From assembly GCF_037042905.1 (NCBI RefSeq), contig NC_087251.1, forward strand, positions 37,450,001 to 37,514,000: 64,000 nt of DNA, in the 5' to 3' direction. Positions 61,553-64,000 of the stretch are shown here, piece after piece (positions within the stretch are counted from its first letter, which is position 1; every line of letters starts with the position of its first letter). A program made the translations under genes and the position numbers. The notes under the pieces are model-generated. The model did not search any database. It saw nothing but the letters and a program-made list of their open reading frames with translations, and was not told the DNA's origin. This stretch comes from Lytechinus pictus (Eukaryota).

Positions 61553-64000
61553 TGTTGTTTGGAAAGGTGCAGAAAATTTTGTATTTTTTAATGTAGAAAA
61601 ATATGTTCAATGTAAGCGTTTCAGTCTTGTTACAGTCTAAGTGTTCTAGAAATATATTTCATGCTGTTGTTTAAAAGGATATGCAACTCAGTAAAGTTTA
61701 TCTAATTTTTATGATATTTTCTCCTTTTGTCTTTTGTTGTTGCAACAGGGTTGTTTTTTGTAGTTTTAGCTAATAACATCATGAATTGGCCTCACACCAC
61801 TTGTTTCTTTTTGCATCATGCATTTAATGTCAGTATTATACAATTCCAATTTTCTATTATTTAAGAAATCGCTTCATGAATGTTGCAAAATTCAATACAC
61901 CAGTCACTAAAAATAAACATCAAATGTCCGGTTAATATTCACTTGTTCTAAAAGCAATGGGCCTATAGTACATCTCATGATCTCAGATACTACAATACCA
62001 CAAACCCCTTTGGTTTTACTATCAGTTTGGTATAATTACTGTTGGTCTACACTACACTCATGGGGTGTGGCAAGAAACTTGCAATAGATTGCAAGTCATT
62101 TTCAGGTCAAAAAATCAATTTGAAAGTCTTGCATTTCATTGCAAATTTGCAAAATATTTTAAGGGGGCTTGATATAGCATATCGCGTAAAATTAAAAAAA
62201 TTTGAGTGTAAATATTTCTACTACAAAAATCCAAGTTTGTGATATTTTGACATAATATTCAGAAAATGATATATTTCACTTTTATCCCTTTCCTTTTGTT
62301 TCTTCTCATTTTTTTCCTTGCCATGAAAATTTTCTGGGGGCAAGACCACAAGAGCCCCACCCCCCTCCCATCTGTACGCCAGTGATTTCCACACAAACAA
62401 TCAGGAAATTTGGGTTTGTATCAACATTACTACAAAACAGTTACTTCAAATCAGAGGCTGGTGTAACAATTAAACAAATATAATTGGCATTCATAGGTCA
62501 ACATAACTTCCTTGACAATGCACTTATTGTAATTTTATGGAAAGTAATGTTAATTATACAGCCCCCAACCCCCCCCCCCCCTCTCGCTTTCCCTTCCCGG
62601 CCCCCTCTCTCCATTTATATTTCTCCCCACCTCTTCTCCCATTCTATCTTGTTCTCTCTTCTTTTCTACAAAAACCATGCCCCATACTTAGCAAAAACAT
62701 GAGAAGATATTCATTTTCATTACTTTGTTAGATTGATGCATGTACACCAAAAGGGTTGCGGTATGAATGATATAAACTAAAAATGTGTTTTATTGAGTAA
62801 ATCTACCAATTTCAAATTAGATTTTAATGCGATCAGAATCATCAGATGCCCGATCAAAATAGAATATAAGCATATTTTTGTCCTTTTTGGATAAAACATC
62901 ATGTGCAAGCACGAAATGGTCTGAAAAATTCAAGATATAATTTTCGTAAGAAGCTTTCTAGTATCCAATTAATGAATATGTAAATTAAATGTTTAAACAT
63001 TAAATATAAATATTACAGAGAGAGGGCTTTAAATTCAAATACTAACAGGTGAAAAAGATGCCATATTTAAATTCTTATTGATAAAAAATGCATTCAATGA
63101 CTACTATGCTTGTATATTAGTTCACAATATTGACCCTTTAACCTAAATAAAGACAGGCTTTGATTACTTAGCATTCATTTTAATGCCCTGAAATAAGTAG
63201 TTATTACATTATTTTCCCTAGTTCTAGACTAGATATCATCCTCTAAGGTTTTGTTTATTTTTTTTAATAATTTATGTGTGTTTAGATGCTTCGATCCCTG
63301 GTTCTAGCTGACATAAGACATGAAAACAAACCCTGCGAGATTAGTCAAAATTCCATTTCTCCAATTTCAATTATCAATGAATATAGATCTAATCATGAAG
63401 CTTATTTCCCAATTGTGAATAAACCCCATCTACAGTCGATATTACTGACATGAGCGAACAAGCGACGAAATCCCTTCCGAATCCGCTCGGTTCTCGCTTC
63501 GGAAATTATAAGCCTGCCGAACATATCCGAACTAATTATAACTGCTTTCGGCCATCTTTTCACAAACAGATGTGGATCATGAAGGAACTCGACATTTTGG
63601 TGCCGATTTAGGACTAATCTGGGAAATGTACATCCAGAAGATTGAAGTAGATTTAAGCTACGTTTTTTCATAGCTGTACACGCGAAATTTGGAGTGCTGG
63701 TTCAGTTGTTGAAACCCTGGTAAGTAAATTTATTCTGGCCTTGCAATATGGGTGTTGGTGAAGTTTTTGGTCGCACTGGTGCAGTACACGTAGTGTTGAG
63801 TGCAATTCAGCCCGACATGGCCCGTCTATCCATTGACAGGCGCAGGCGTTGTGTGGAATGGAGTTGTGTACAGCGTGTGTGCAGAGATCTGTGACTGTGT
63901 GTGTGACTGCACTGTGACTGTGACTGAGAGATCGAGAGAGGCTGTCATATTTTTTGGTCAGATTGAGAGTTCTTGACATTGGCCCAAATGTAAATCACAA

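Noticed and set aside
63400..64000. CpG-richer block with two minus-strand ORFs as the start of another gene
   Set aside because: No recognisable protein similarity or exon chain. The composition resembles transposon interiors elsewhere in the window (e.g. ~58150-58300), and it is cut by the window edge.

Overview
Eukaryotic, AT-rich, intron- and repeat-rich genomic DNA. It is probably an echinoderm such as a sea urchin, which is an inference from gene style and repeat landscape and not proven. Two host genes lie head-to-head. RAB3GAP2 is on the minus strand: ATG at 29662, 19 phase-consistent GT-AG coding exons down to 112, about 991 codons, continuing beyond the left edge. XRCC3 is on the plus strand and complete: 6 coding exons at 39783-59399, 354 aa, with Walker A/B motifs. 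Introns and the intergenic interval are packed with non-autonomous DNA transposons whose ends and target-site duplications (TSDs) can be read directly: several TTAA-flanked Kolobok-like MITE families, plus piggyBac-, hAT-, Harbinger-, Ginger- and P-like elements. There are also a 5'-truncated L1/Tx1-type LINE, an RT fragment and SINE-like relics. Most notable: (1) a 4.6-kb TGT..ACA element with ~380-bp inverted termini that carries an intron-containing tRNA-Tyr(GTA) gene with its Pol III terminator inside a degenerate tandem array; (2) two unrelated mobile elements inserted at essentially the same position of two copies of one MITE family; (3) a four-level nested transposon stack between the two genes; (4) a possible 10.4-kb Kolobok-like element making up most of XRCC3 intron 5. 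No prokaryotic-type systems such as CRISPR arrays are present.
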